DNA of 64,000 nucleotides from Balanoglossus misakiensis (lineage: Eukaryota; Animalia; Hemichordata), in NCBI GenBank assembly GCA_040954595.2, contig CM082585.2, positions 9,722,564 to 9,786,563 on the forward strand, in the 5' to 3' direction. The stretch's first letter is position 1, and every line of letters begins with the position of its first letter. Made by a program: the position numbers and the translations under genes. The notes under the pieces were generated by a model. That model ran no database searches. It saw nothing but the letters and a program-made list of their open reading frames with translations, and had not been told where the DNA came from. Shown in pieces: positions 12,801-26,600 of this stretch.

Positions 12801-15800
12801 GGATCGGGGATTCGCATGTCATGTGTACTATTCTGCAATTAGTGTATTCAAATGTCGAATTTCATTACCGCAAAACTAATTGTGCGTGAAGCTGCCGTGT
12901 AAACACATTGGTATAGAGCACGCCATATATAGAAGTTCAAAAACGACTGTTAGCAACCGTTTGGTATTGACTGCAATAAGCTCCGAAAACCGCTAAGTAC
13001 AATAATTTTTGCACGCTTAAATTGGCATCATTCAAACTCAGTACGAATGCAGTGTGCTATGATGTACATGTGGGCGACATTCAGGTCCTTACTTTGTTAG
13101 AAACATTGTCTGAGCCACTTTGACGACGTATCTTGACTTATTTTAGTTCACAATGATGTTTTCTTAATCTATTGATCTGGCCAGGATAACGTCACTGGCT
13201 GTTCAGATATAAGGAGAGAGTTCGTTTATGTATGCATGACTTTTTATAACCATAATTGCATTTTACCCTAGATTGTAGAAAGTCGCCAGATACCCGAAAT
13301 TCCATTTTTCATATTTATCTGGTACACTGGTCGTTGTTTACTCGTTGAATCAAATAGTGAAACAGCGAGACACAACCTTTGTCAATCTTTCCCCGCCACA
13401 CATGTACTAAAATGGTAAATTGATTGTCCAAACAATCCTTTCCAATCGAACACGAGGCACTGGAGAAGTACTGGTCTATACGAATATTGTATATGGGTCA
13501 CCTCCATAATTGTATCAATAAACAGCAACATCGATGTGGAGTTAAATCATCATCCAACTGCATTTTTGGACTTGGAAACACCCTAGCTCGTTGTGATTTC
13601 ACATCCCATCGGTGAAAGTGAGCAAGTTGATGCATGACACTTCCTATTATCGGACACCCTTATTTCTCCGTCAAAGACGTGAATCACTTCACTATGCAGT
13701 CACGATATTCTCCTGGAGGAACAATAACTGTATAACCGAGTAAGAATCTTCCTCGATATGAAAAGCCAATCTGGTTAAATCAACATTTGTATGTGAGTGT
13801 CTATCACTGTATTTTGTCAGAAAATCAACCTTTGTGTCAACGAGAATCTCGGAGATTTCTCTGACGTCAACTGTCATAACCATCAGTGGGCGTGATGTAA
13901 TACACGTGCCATTTCCAGCAATAGGTGGCATGTATGTAGATGACAAATATTATCCACGGCGTTCTCTGTCTGTTCGGTTGTTTTAATGGCCACTTGGCAG
14001 CAACGCAATTTGTTATCGACGTCTCTGTAAACGCTTTAACACCACCAATAATGTTTCTTTGTCGTAACGATCAATGTGGCCCATCTTAACCAAAAACAGA
14101 TTTCTTAAAAGCGCTGTCGAAAAATAGGGTAGGTCAGCAAGGGCGTTTCAAGTCATCTAATGATTAAAATTTTATTTCATGTGTGGCAAGGAGTGACAAA
14201 AAACGCACTACTTTCGAAAACGCGGAACGATACATGGATTGTTAACGTTTTAATAAAGTAGTTCTAGTTATCAGACGACACTTCATACTTGTCATGTTTA
14301 TTTTTCTGTTAATATTTCTATTTTGAGTGTTGGACTAGAAAAACCCCGTAGCCATCGTTTAATGAAAGAATTATCAAGTGAGAATTTGTGAAATCAATAA
14401 CAACTGTTTTTCTTCAAAATCCAATTTATATCACCTGAAGTTTTTTATGCTTACCGCTGGGGACCAGAATGGGGCTGTCTGCACACACACTGAGTCACAG
14501 AACCGCGCATTGAAAGGTGTGCATTTATGGCATTTCAAACCTTAAACAACTACACTTCATCTCAAAGCTCCAGGGCAGGCCTATAATAAGGGACGGCCAA
14601 TGGAACGCATTGCACAGTGAAATCATTTCAGAATTGAATCAGCGGTTACCTGCCGGGTTGCAGTCTCGGGCTATTTGTTGCCCGGTGCTCTGACAATGGG
14701 TGACATTTCTGTAAGATGCATGTCGCCAAGTATATTGTGACCATGCTCAACGGGAAAGGAAATTACGGCTAGTTATATTCTACGAAACAACGAAACACAA
14801 GGCTTAGACCCACTTCCGTGTATGAGGTCATTACCCGCAATGCAACTCTACACATTACTTGCGCCCTCTCGCGGTCACCGGAAACAAAGCTCACCTGGCA
14901 ATGCGTATATAGTGGGGAAAATGCGCTTTACAATCGAATTCTTTGAATGCGTCCATCGATAAGGTTCAACCCATATCTTGGATGCTGATATCTCATCAGA
15001 AGGAATGTACTTTTGAAATTTAAACGCCTCTCGTCTGTCAGAATGACCGTTTTAATTTAACAGCATGAGAACAAGGGCACTCTCGTTGCTTGTGAATACA
15101 AAATGGCGTCCATTGCCTCGTCCACTTGCTGCGTGTAATACGTCATGGTACATTGGCTGTCTCTGTATTTTGCAATGTGCTGTCAAGGTAAAATTTCAAA
15201 TTAACAGCATCTGCAGTGGTAAAAAAAATAAATCCTCTCTGAGAAATCAATATTGAGCATCGGATCTAGTTCATTAGCAGAAAATAACTTTGATCATTCA
15301 ACGCGGCATCTTTTCCGATATTCAAATTCAGTCACGATCGAAATTCAATTTTAAGGAACCAATTTGGCAGTTAACGCAGTGCGCTCATTGAAAACTCACA
15401 ACCCCAACTCTCATTTTGCGAGTATGCACGCTTCTTGTGTGTTCGGCAAACATATAGCAAGTATAGCAAGTGAACGCAAAAAGCTTCCCGGCGTATCGAT
15501 GGACCGCAGTTTTTTAGTTATGTTCTTTCAGCGGCAGGATTATCTTCTGAAAGGGTTTCGATTGAAAGCACGTGATAATCGCGGGAGTGAGGTCGGTATA
15601 AAAGGTCAGGGAGAGGATTGTTTTAATTGGTTACGTTCCGCAGACGACAGCTGTTCCAGCCTTATCAGATGCAGACATGAATTATTTGATCATTTGTGGT
15701 ACATTCATTGATGTCACGATAATATGGTGCTTTGCGAAACAAACAATATCAATTTGAAAAACATTCTTCGGAGGATGGTAGACCTTTTCAATATATTCGG

Positions 15801-18800
15801 GTGGCTGTGTATTAAGCGTTTTGAACAAAGTATAATGCTTGTGTAAAATTGCATAGAATAAAGATTTATGTTCTAAACGAATTGCTTTACATCGGAAATG
15901 TAATTCATGACCCCCGCGATGTATATACGACCGTCTGCTGTAAGCATCACTTGTAGCTCGGTTTATTGAAAAAATGTTGCAAATGCCCCAGTCCAGCCAC
16001 TAATATTTACTTCAATATCCTGTATGAAGATATTACGTTGCATTTGACAAATGGTTAAGAAATATTTTGGAATGCGTTTCTGTGTTGCCTGGGGCGTGCA
16101 CTTAACCGTGAGAACGGTCACGACAAGCTACCAATTCCCCCGACTGGTAGTCATGACGACACATTCTAATAACAGCGATACCGGCCATTGTCACGGTTTC
16201 AGTCGTAAACGAGTAGAAATGCTCGGAAGTTCTCACCCAAGCACAGGACTTTATGTATCTAATTGTAGGGTTGGTGTCGAGCGGCCATATATCATGTCTT
16301 TATGAAAAAACTAAAATGGGGTAACCAAATTATGATTCGGGGCCATCACGACCACAAGTGAAAATTTTACTTTTTATAACATCTTGTGTGTATTTTATCA
16401 TTTCACCATGGGCGATATATTTAAGTTACATTAACAGAGTGGGATATTAGAACACGACAGAACCTCATGAGAATAACCACTTAAGAGGATCGGGAAATGT
16501 GTCGGTCAAAGCTGACTTACAATGCATGTGTTGCTAAAAATCGTTACTCAAATGATCAGCGGTTTTGGCTTTGAATCAGAAGAATGTTTCGGCTTCTTAA
16601 AAGGCTTACAGCTTGATTTGTTACTTCTTTTACTTTTGACTACAGACCCCAAGTGTTATTACCAATATCGAAACAACTGTAGTATTCGAGTGAGGTAGGC
16701 TTCCCCCATACCGGAGACGTGACGTCAGGACTTATCCGCAGAATGGAAGATAGTATCGCCTGTGTTGACTTTCCTAATTACTCCATCGACCAGGTAAATT
16801 CGTTTATCTGTTATTATCGGCCCAGTTTTTAATGACATATTTACAGTATCTTTGAAAGTCAAGTTTCCTAAATTAACCTTTGCGCTTCCTATTTTAATGC
16901 ACAAATTTTATTTTATCAGCTTCACAAATTAAACAAAACCGACTCAGTCAAAGTTTGCAAAAACGCCACATATCAACTGACATGCGCAGTTATTCACGCT
17001 TGAATGAAAGAAACACGTCGAAAGAAAGTTTGTGTGCGGAGTGATTTGGTGTTCGTTGTGATCAATGGTATGGGGGACGGGGAGTACAGTTCTGTTGGCA
17101 GTTTGCTTTCAGTGTATTGATCTGTCCATCTGTACAGCTGTTCTTGACTGTCAGTAAAGGATCTTCACTGCTGTTCATTAGCGGGCGTCTATTTACACAG
17201 CATTCAAGTTATGGCCTTCATCTTCAATGCACGTGATTTCTCGTCGCCTGTCCTTTTGGGCGGCTATTGAGACGTCGTTGCAAACGGAATTGAGCGGGAT
17301 AATAACACGTGTAATTTATGCTGCTAGTCAAATGGATGCTGACAAAGCTTCGTTAGCGAGCTGTCGCTCCTGTCGCCACTGGCAGAGTATGATGGACGGG
17401 TGGAAACACTACCTTCTTATACTTCTTGTTTGAAGTGCGATTTTGACAAGATAGTGTTCCTTGTCGATCTACTAATGAATTTAATCGGTCTTTTGGGGTG
17501 AATTGATTCGGAGTATTCAACCGAAATGTTTTCTTGAACGTTGTATGTTCTTTAAACTAAATGGGGTAAACAGGGGACGTCGAGACATGACCTCAAGCAA
17601 GTCAGTGAAGAAGGAAATCCGAGTAAGTCGCACGTACGTACCTGAAGGTAATGAGCAAGACTTCGTTGTATTGCGTCATTATCCGCGTTTGTTTCACCAA
17701 AGGACATTGCTGACGTCGAAATTGGCCCGATCAGGCACAAACACGAACTTCATTGTTTGTGTATGAAAAAAACCTAAATACCCTGGCCAATGATTTTGAC
17801 CTTAAAGATTCCCCATCTACAAACTTATGCCACTAAATCAGATTTAATCAGATGGAATATTGCTTTAATAAATAAAATTCCTATGCATATGTAGGCCGTG
17901 TGTCGCCTTGTACTTAGCTCAATGCCCTTCGCAATTTGAAAATATACCATTTATATCTATGACTTTCAAATGTTGAGAATTTACATGGTAATTCTCAAAT
18001 TTAGATCTGTAATGTTTAAATTTACATTCCGATTGGATCCGCGATTTATATTCAGAAAATCTGAACCGCGAGGAAGGATTTTTCAATCACTAACTGCCAA
18101 TGGCGTATTTATATATGCATGCCGATTTTTTTTTCTTCCTTCCGTTTACGACCGAACGAGCGCTGTACGCATGCGTGCTTGCGAAAGAAAGCTTTCAGTT
18201 GAAGGCTTCATGTTGGGATTACGAACGAGGACAAAAGCCTGCAAGCTTGCTGACTGATCGGCCGTGTGCAGGAATGCTTGCATCGTCTGGTTCGTTTCCG
18301 TAGGTGGCGTTGAATATGTTGTGCCCAGGATATTAATTTGTTGCGCAATGATATAGGTATGCCAGCTGTGAGTCTGCATGTTGAAAGCCATGCAGTGCAC
18401 CAATGTAAAGAAACGGTTCCTAGCTCCATTCTTTTGGCGCGACACTGAATAAAATTAAAAATTGCAATTACATGACAACGTAGGTCCTTATATCTAATAA
18501 GAGTTGTGTAAATTTTCTGCCCAAAGCTACATGTTAAAAGCTTTCGCCAGCATTGAACTTGCCTCAGAGCGACCCCCTTTCTTCCACACAGAGTTCCCAC
18601 TAATGCACCATTACTTCGGATCAATATTAATTATACTGTATAAAGCCCTCCCTCACCCCCGTCATGACGGAGGGCCCGTAGGCAATCTTTGATCCTCGTC
18701 TTAAAAGCAACCCAAAATCAAAGACCTGCCTACGTACTGAACGGTGATATTAATGTTTTGCAATGTGTATCATCATGGGCGGGGGATTGCAGGTGTAAAA

Positions 18801-19669
18801 ATATTTTAGAACATCTTTTGGCGCCTCTGACAATAGTGTAAGAGTGGAAGTCATGTGTATCAACGACTTGCGTTGGTTGTCCATGTATATCAACCCCCTT
18901 GCCTGCTCAGTGAAGGTGTACACCTTACAATGCGATGGGGCGTTTGGTTTACACGTGTGTAGTGGCAAATTTGACAGAATGAGGGCGCTTTGCAGTATAC
19001 CCGCAAACGCCCTCAGCGTTAACAAAAGTGTGTGAAAACGTTATCAAGTGAGCAACAGATAACAAATAGCTTTGTTGAGAATCTCTGCTTTGTTCGTGGT
19101 CAGCTCCGCCTACCAGCTCCTCTTCTATTATACACATTGTTTATTGCCCAGTCCCTCAAAGAAAGGGACTGTTTATTGTAAACGAGCAACGTGCAGTGCA
19201 TTGTGTCGTGTTTGTCAAGTCTATTGTTTTATATGGCGTTGTCTTATCACCTCTATTGTAACGATTCTTATTCTGTGATGATTCAGCGATAACACTGTGA
19301 TTAAAGGTTCGTGCGGCAAGTTGTGAACTTGTGGAGTGACCGTGTCCCATGCAAAGACAAATTATTCCAAACGATAACAATGTGTGTTGGGACGTAAACT
19401 TTACTAAAAACATGACACGATGAGCAACTAGTGGGCTAGTCTGGAGCATGGAGGTATGAGTGTTTCGAGGGACCGTAGTATTGTACAGTGCTTCAACACC
19501 AGGTGGGCAGGCGGGGTCCTTTGAAATGTACACAAACGTTTGCATAAGCACACAGTCTGATACGAACAATCTTAAAGGTCAGAGGTCATAGACTCCAATA
19601 AAACGGGGATCCCGTTTGCGGTTTGCGTCATTCCCACGCGCGTCCACCGTCAGCACAGAGACACCCGAA

Positions 19670-21159
19670 ATGTCTTCCCCGTCGCCGTTTAACACCCGCG
19701 TGGCTTTGCAAGACACCGAACCCGTCATCGACGGAATGAAGTTTCCCATGTTCATGCAGGAACAAAATTTGAGGCGGATACCAGAAATGGAGATCCGGGA
19801 CGATGATGTTTGGCTGATTACGTATCCGAAAACAGGTAAATATACTACTTTAAAACATGTCTTTTTAGCTAGCTGATTTGTACCGAGAATCCAAATTAAC
19901 AAAAAGCGTGCAGTTACATGTAATTCAAAGTGTTTTTTACTGTATTCAAGTGGTGAGTCGTACCCATCCAGTGTTAAAACTGTAGATCATACATCATTTT
20001 ACGACACTGGTAGAATCTGCTTTTCTTCATAGAAGTCTTTTTCGTTATAATATGGAGCATCTACCTTCGTGTGTGGCGCTACCACACTCGTGAGTTTGCC
20101 GACACGCGACGCTCAACAATACCATGTGTATTTACCTCCATTACAAAGTCAACACCCACGACAAAATATGAATACGTTACTGTGTTAGGGTCGCCCAAAC
20201 GCGCTTTTTGTCAAACTACCGACACAAGCGAATGGTACATATTCTTTGACGACTCGAAACATAACGAGGGTCTATGCTCGCGCAAGATGTGTGGGTAAAA
20301 TTCTGCTTAGTCACTCTTTACACATCTTCTGACCAGGAGCGGCGCGCCCACCACGTACGCGTCGCGTCGCTGAAGACAAATGTCAATACGATGATGTAAT
20401 CATGTGCGCCGATGTCAAAGCATGTCCAAAATTCGGTGTAATAGTTTGTCTACCTGGCATAAGCACAGTGACTGTGGCATAAAGAATAGACTATGAGAAG
20501 TGTAGTTGATCAGAATTTAAACGCGCTCGCGAACGCGCGCATTCATACACCATACAGTAGACGCAAACATATCATTGAGGTACCACAGGCTAGGTGCGAA
20601 CTTTCTGGCGATAACTGAAAAACCAGCCTCAGTGGTTCTGTTTTACCGTTGAGGTAGAAGTCCCCTTCTACCCCGACATCTAAATGACATCTGCTGTATG
20701 TTACAGGTACGCACTGGCTGAAAACCATATTGTACCAGCTCTATAATCACAACACCCCCGAGGGCCGTGGTGAGAAAGAAGCGCCTCATCCCAACGAATA
20801 CATGCCGTTTGTGGAGTTTCCACACTTCGCTTCAGGCAAGTTGATTACACGTTTTTCTGTGAGACATTAGAAGATATTTTCCCGCATTTCATGTTTTGCC
20901 TGGCAGGTAAACCGAGGAAAATTCCCTGCATTAACCATACTATACCCATCACTTTGTTTCTTCGAACAGGTGGTCTCGAGTTAGATAGAATTATTCAAAT
21001 GCCAAAGACTGAACCAAGGCTTATAGCAACACACATGCAGCCAAAATGGTTGTCGAAGCAGTTTTTGGAAAAGAAACCAAAGGTGATTACCGAGTTAAAT
21101 TACATTTGCCTTATTTTCACATTGGTTGTGTGCAGTGATGATGGTGGTGGTGGTGGTGG

Positions 21160-21200
<41 letters not shown>

Positions 21201-22512
21201 GCTAACAGACTCTCACATTGCGTTTTTGTTTTCAGACAATCCATGTTATGAGAAACCCCAAAGATACAGCAGTGTCATTTTTCAATTTTCTCCGGGATAT
21301 TCCCGTGATGCAGACAAGAGAGAACTGGGATAACTACATAGACGAATTCATATCTGGAGATGGTAAATGTCTTTTTCAGTTGTTCGGCAGTAATTTTCAT
21401 ACATATATTGTACCTTGGCGGTCGGGCAACGCGGTGCAAATGTCTTCGCGTGCGTTTAGAAATCGAATGCCAAATCAAGTATGTTACATTTTAAGCCCCC
21501 CCCCCTCCGTTTCCAGCTTTTGAATTCCAACCTTACCCTAGAAAACAATAGATTTGGACCCAACCATTGTGGCGAAGGGTTTACATTTGTCATTCTCGTT
21601 TCAGTTCCATTCGGCTCATACGCCGAGTTCCTGAATACGTGGTGGGACGTCAGCCAGAAGACCAACATCTTGAACTTGACGTACGAAGACTTGAAAAAGG
21701 TGAAGGAAATGACATTTTTTTTTCAAATTAGACCAGCGTGAATTTAAAACATGTATGTGGTCTCTCTAGAAATTGGGAAAATACATGCCAAGGTTCCATC
21801 ACAATTGACCCTGTAGCAAACGTCATTTTCGTGGTATTTCCAATACAAGTGATGTTAAAATTACCGTTGTACAAGGTGAAATCTTCTATAATAAGAAACC
21901 AGTCATCTCACGCATAAAATGCCAAGGTTTGTTCGACACTTATAAAGATTCGTAATAAAATTACCTGAACTTCAAGATTTGGTTGTTTACGCTTGCAGGA
22001 TCTGAAAGGCGGTGTCATGAAAATAGCCGAGTTCCTCGAAGTCAAGCTATCGGAGGAAGAAGCGGCCACCATTGCCGAGAGGTGTACATTTGACGCCATG
22101 AAGGCAAAAGCTGAGGAGAAGTCCAAAGACATGGCGAAGGCTGTATTCAGAAAAGGTATCGCGGAAAAAAACAAGTCATTTACCTGTTAAAGTTTGAGTG
22201 TTTGAGCGAATACTGGACAAGCCCACAAGCCACTTGGTGTTTTTTTGTCTTTATAAAGATTCTCCGGCAGGTCAAAAACCATTCTTGCAGATTACACATT
22301 CGTTCCTGGGTATATAATTACGATCATGAACCTTGCAGTATGAACAAGTTGTTTGTGATGTTTTGCATTGGATCCAACGTTTATTTATTTCTCTATTTAC
22401 AGGAGTCGCCGGAGGCTGGAAGAAGCACTTCACCGTGTCACAGAGTGAGAAATTCGACGCATTCTTCGATGAAGAGTTAAAAAACTTGAACTTCAAGTTT
22501 CAGTACGAATGA
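19670..22512 (+). CDS. Cytosolic sulfotransferase (SULT1-like), 7 coding exons, ~298 aa
   Basis: Exons 19670-19835, 20707-20835, 20970-21082, 21236-21362, 21605-21699, 21999-22155 and 22403-22512 total 897 nt with all phases consistent. Motifs: 5'-PSB loop (DDVWLITYPKTG/THW), catalytic His region (PRLIATHM), 3'-PB (RNPKDTAVS), LTYEDLKKD and RKG/VAGGWKKHFTVSQ. AATAAA at 22705. Confidence 0.95.
21137..21200 (+). repeat. Compound (GGT)n(GAT)n microsatellite in sulfotransferase intron 3
   Basis: Read directly from the sequence. Confidence 0.95.
21491..21582 (+). mobile_element. ~90-bp MITE copy 2 (diverged) in sulfotransferase intron 4
   Basis: ccaaccttaccctagaaaacaatagatttggacccaaccattgtggcgaagggttt aligns with copy 1 and starts at a TTAA. 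Confidence 0.6.
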
Positions 22513-22724
22513 GGGGGACATGGGCCAACCGATAGATCAACTTATTCTGGCGGGAACTCTCGCTCAAAGTGGCACGGTCGACTTCCGTTTGCTGACAAAT
22601 AGCGGTAATCCGTTGCCGGTGTGTCCATTTGTCAGTAAGTGGTACAATCGGCAAGCCAATACTACACTGTATTTTCCCAGAGTTGAGAAATCAATGTTTT
22701 TTTAAATAAAATATGAACTGCACA

Positions 22725-22863
22725 CTAGCGCCGTCACACGGCCATCATGAATTTGAAGGCAAAGCGAGGGCAATGGGGGGAAAGTTGACCAATCACATCA
22801 AGGGGATTTCCCCATTGGCCTCGCTTTGAGTTCAAATTCATGATGACTGCGTGAGGGCGCTAG
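22725..22863. mobile_element. ~140-bp hairpin/foldback MITE just downstream of the sulfotransferase poly(A) signal
   Basis: CTAGCGCCgTCACaCgGcCATCATGAATTTGAAggCAAAGCGAGGgCAATGGGG ... CCCCATTGGCCTCGCTTTGAGTTCAAATTCATGATGACTGCGTGAGGGCGCTAG: ~55-bp imperfect inverted arms, possibly with a TA target duplication. Confidence 0.7.
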
Positions 22864-23680
22864 GCTTATGAAAGGGGTATTTTATTTACTTTTACATTTT
22901 ACTTTATCTCGCTGTTCTGTGTGCCTATCAATTACATCAATATTGTGGGAATGCGTTTGAATGCTTTACAGATTTTCAAAGCCTTGTCTCGAAAGAAATG
23001 TGCAATTTGTCTTTGTCATTTTTAAACTCAATAAAATAATACTAAATCATCATTGTAAGAAGCAAATGTCGTTTTTGATAGAATTCTCCAAGCTTCCAAA
23101 GTGCTGGTGTTCGTGTAAATATGAAAACAGTTGAATGAGACGGTCTCGAAACTATGCCGCAGATACGGAGAATGACTGTGCCCATCGCGAAGTCTTGCTG
23201 AAATAAAATATTCTTTCAAATCCAAATAGCGTCTGTAGGTGCTGAGTAACCGGTCACGCTTATACAATGAGTACCATCGTGGTTGCAGATTGGTGTTTAC
23301 ATGTACTGTGAAAAGCAACTTTAATTCATGAGAAACGGCCTTATTCATGCCTCCGAGCCATTCTGAGCTGAAAGAACGATCGGAGTCTTGTTGAAAATAT
23401 TTACCGATTTTCTCAGAGCAGAGACACAAAAGAAGGAACTCAATATCTTTCCAAACTCGTATATACACACTGTACAAAATCTTGCCAATTCTAAAGATTA
23501 GAGACGATTACTCTAGCGAGGAATCTTATCCACATTGTTATTTTTCTTGTCTACAGGAGCCGAAGTTTTCCCTAGAGAGTCCCCTCACAAGCCCGAAGCT
23601 TTGCAGACCCCGGGATAAAGAAATGGTCCGTCCCTAGGTTCAACCTTGCCCCTGCGGTGAGGGTGCATATAATACACGCA

Positions 23681-26600
23681 ATGGCGTCGCCGGACGTGGA
23701 CAAGGGAGTCAAACTGGCTAAGATAGCTTTGGGTACAGCGGCCGCCTCGGGAGTACTTCACTACATATATCCCTACTGGGCCAATGATATCAGGAAGGTG
23801 GCCGTGAACCGGCGTATGGCGAAAGTGCTGGCCGAAGACATGAAAAGGAAGCTGTTAGTTGTTGACCAATTTCTGGAGCAAGCCAGGATCCACAAGTACA
23901 AGACGTGTATCATTTACAACAACACAGTCTACACATTCGGGGATATGGATCACCTGTCCAACAAGTTTGCCAACTTCGTCAAGCGACAGGGGCTACAGTG
24001 CGGAGACACAGTCGCCTTGATGATGTACAATGAACCGACGTTTCTGTGGATGTACCTGGGCTTTGCCAAGCTGGGGATAGCGTGCGCCTTCGTCAACTAC
24101 AATCTGCGCAGAAAGTCCATCACCCACTGCATTCGCGTATGTGGCGCAAAGTTACTGGTTGTTGGACCAGGTAGGTGAAAGACGGGTGTCACTCGGGCGT
24201 TGAAAATCCCGGAGCCTTGCTTTGAAATGCCTAGTTTCATTTGCTTTATTCAACAACGGTGTAGGACAGGGTTAACGAAAGGCAAAGCTTTGTATTGCGG
24301 CGTACTTTCAACAATCCCCAACCCCAGCATACTTTCCGATCAGAAAGGCTTAGACACAGAAAGAACATTTGACCTTTGTGACATTCGATAGGACATTTAT
24401 GATTCATTGAATCGCCCGGCCTGGGGTCATTGTGGCCTAGTCCTTCACAATGGGACATCTGCGACTTTTCTTGTTCATTGAATCGTGTAATACGCCAGGG
24501 TCATGTTCGTATTTAAGGTAGCGCGAATTTCGACAATTCCTGCAAGAACATGTACATGTAAATATATATTCCTGAAATAATTGCGTTTGTTGTTTGCTCC
24601 ACAGAAGACGAGTTACTGAACGCTGTTCACGGTGTGTCTGATGAGTTAGCCGATATAAACGTTAATGTGTGGAGTTGCCACGGTAACAAGTATGGTTTAT
24701 TTAGAGATATACAAGATGAATTGGCGCAATCTTCTGCGGAGCCAATTTCAAGAGATGTTAGGAAGAACATTGCACCAACCGACGTTTCTGTGTACATTTT
24801 CACTTCCGGTACAACAGGTATGGTATATACCAAGTGTTGGGCATTTTGGTACTTGTGTGTGTGTGTGTGCGTGCGTGAGCATGTTTGTTTGTATGTACCA
24901 TGTCTCTTGAATAAATTTATACTCCACATGTCTGGCTAGCTATTAAACTGTTCAGTCAAGGAGTTCATTCTTGTTTGATTTAATAGGTATCCCTAAGGCT
25001 GCCAAAGTTTCTCACCTACGTCACAAGTGGTCATGTCATGCCAAAACATACCTTGGTCTCACAGAGAATGAGCGGGTCTACAATCCACTTCCGTTGTACC
25101 ACAGCTTCGCCTTTTTTATGGGTTTTGGCGGCGTCTTGCAAAATGGTATGGAAATGATTAATTATTCGACATCCGGGCAATTCCGTGCATCGCCCGCGCT
25201 TGAAGTTGAAGCCTGATGATGATGATGATTCAATTGCACGGCAAGATTTGTATTTTATTCATAGCATCATATTGTAAAGACTTATCTTTCTCTTTCAATT
25301 TCTTTAGGATTAACGATGATTCTCCCAAAGAAGTTTTCTGTTCACAACTTTTGGGATGATTGTCGGCGCCATAATGCTACAGTTATCCTGTACATTGGTG
25401 AATTGTGTCGGTACCTGCTGGCCGTACCTGAGGTATGATTGGTCGTTGATGAACAGCGTCGGTGATGACGTAGCTTGCATCAGCCATTGATTGTTGTTGT
25501 ACATTAATTTACTACGTAAGGTGGTTTTCACACATTTCGTTTCTTTGATTTCAGACGCAGGAAGACAAGAATCACTCAATTCGATTGGCTGTTGGCAGTG
25601 GCCTTCGTCAGGACATTTGGGACACATTTAGAAGTCGTTTCGCGATCCCGAAAATCGTTGAAATATACGCTTCGACCGAAGGGGGATTCAGCGCCACCAA
25701 CGATGACAACACCCCGGGTGTGGTGGGGAAATATTCACCGTATCTGAAGGTATATGCCCCCAATTAGAGAACTTAGTTGACGTCATACATGGAAAAGTCT
25801 TACTTGTCGCAAATGGACTTAGTATAATTGTCGTGAATAGAGAGCTATACGCATGGGACTCGTCACTTGCCCTGGGAGCGAGTGCAAGTCAACGATATTG
25901 CAAAATGTTTCAATATCTAGTCTGTCTTCTCTCTTGCACTGTAAAATGTTACTGTGTACGTGTCGTATGTTAAAAATTTCATTTCGTTATTGTCAAGGTA
26001 TAATAAATACATTTGTGAATGTTTTCATTTTCAGCGCGCTATGGGGTTCCACTTGGTCAGATACGACGTCGAAACGGCCCAACCCTTGAAAGATAATGAC
26101 GGAAGATGTATCCCAGTTGCTAAAGGTGACGTATTTTATCTGAATGTTGCTTACCTTTGGCGCTCTCTCTCTCGCGTCTTGTAAAAATTGCATGTTTACG
26201 AGAACCCTGGGGCTTCCGCTTCGCAGGTGAAGTCGGCCTGCTGATCGCTCCAATCATAGGTCATTATGACGGCTACTCTGATGAGAGACAAACTGAGAGG
26301 AGGCTGATCAGGAACGCTTTCAAAGATGGCGACGTCTACTGCAACATGGGTGACCTGCTTCTCCTCGATAAAAACTACAACATGTATTTCGTCGACAGGA
26401 TCGGAGACACGTTCAGGTGGTTGTATTTCTAGTTCACATCTGAGTAAAGATCTGAATACAAATCTAACTTTTACAAAATGAACTACGAATTAGGCCAAAT
26501 AAAAAATATGTCCTGTTCCGATTACATGTACATGGTTTTCAAAAATATATATTTTTTTTGGCCTTACTAAAATCTTATTTGTCCGTCAAAGTGAAGGTAG

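Noticed and set aside
13421-13433. TGATTGTCCAAAC, matching the 5' part of miR-219
   Set aside because: The match stops after 13 nt and there is no complementary arm nearby to form a pre-miRNA hairpin.
23520-23560. Apparently unpaired acceptor before SLC27, suggesting trans-splicing or an operon with the sulfotransferase
   Set aside because: Ordinary cis donors exist upstream (GTAAGA at 23055, GTGAGG at 22851), so a normal 5'-UTR intron explains it.
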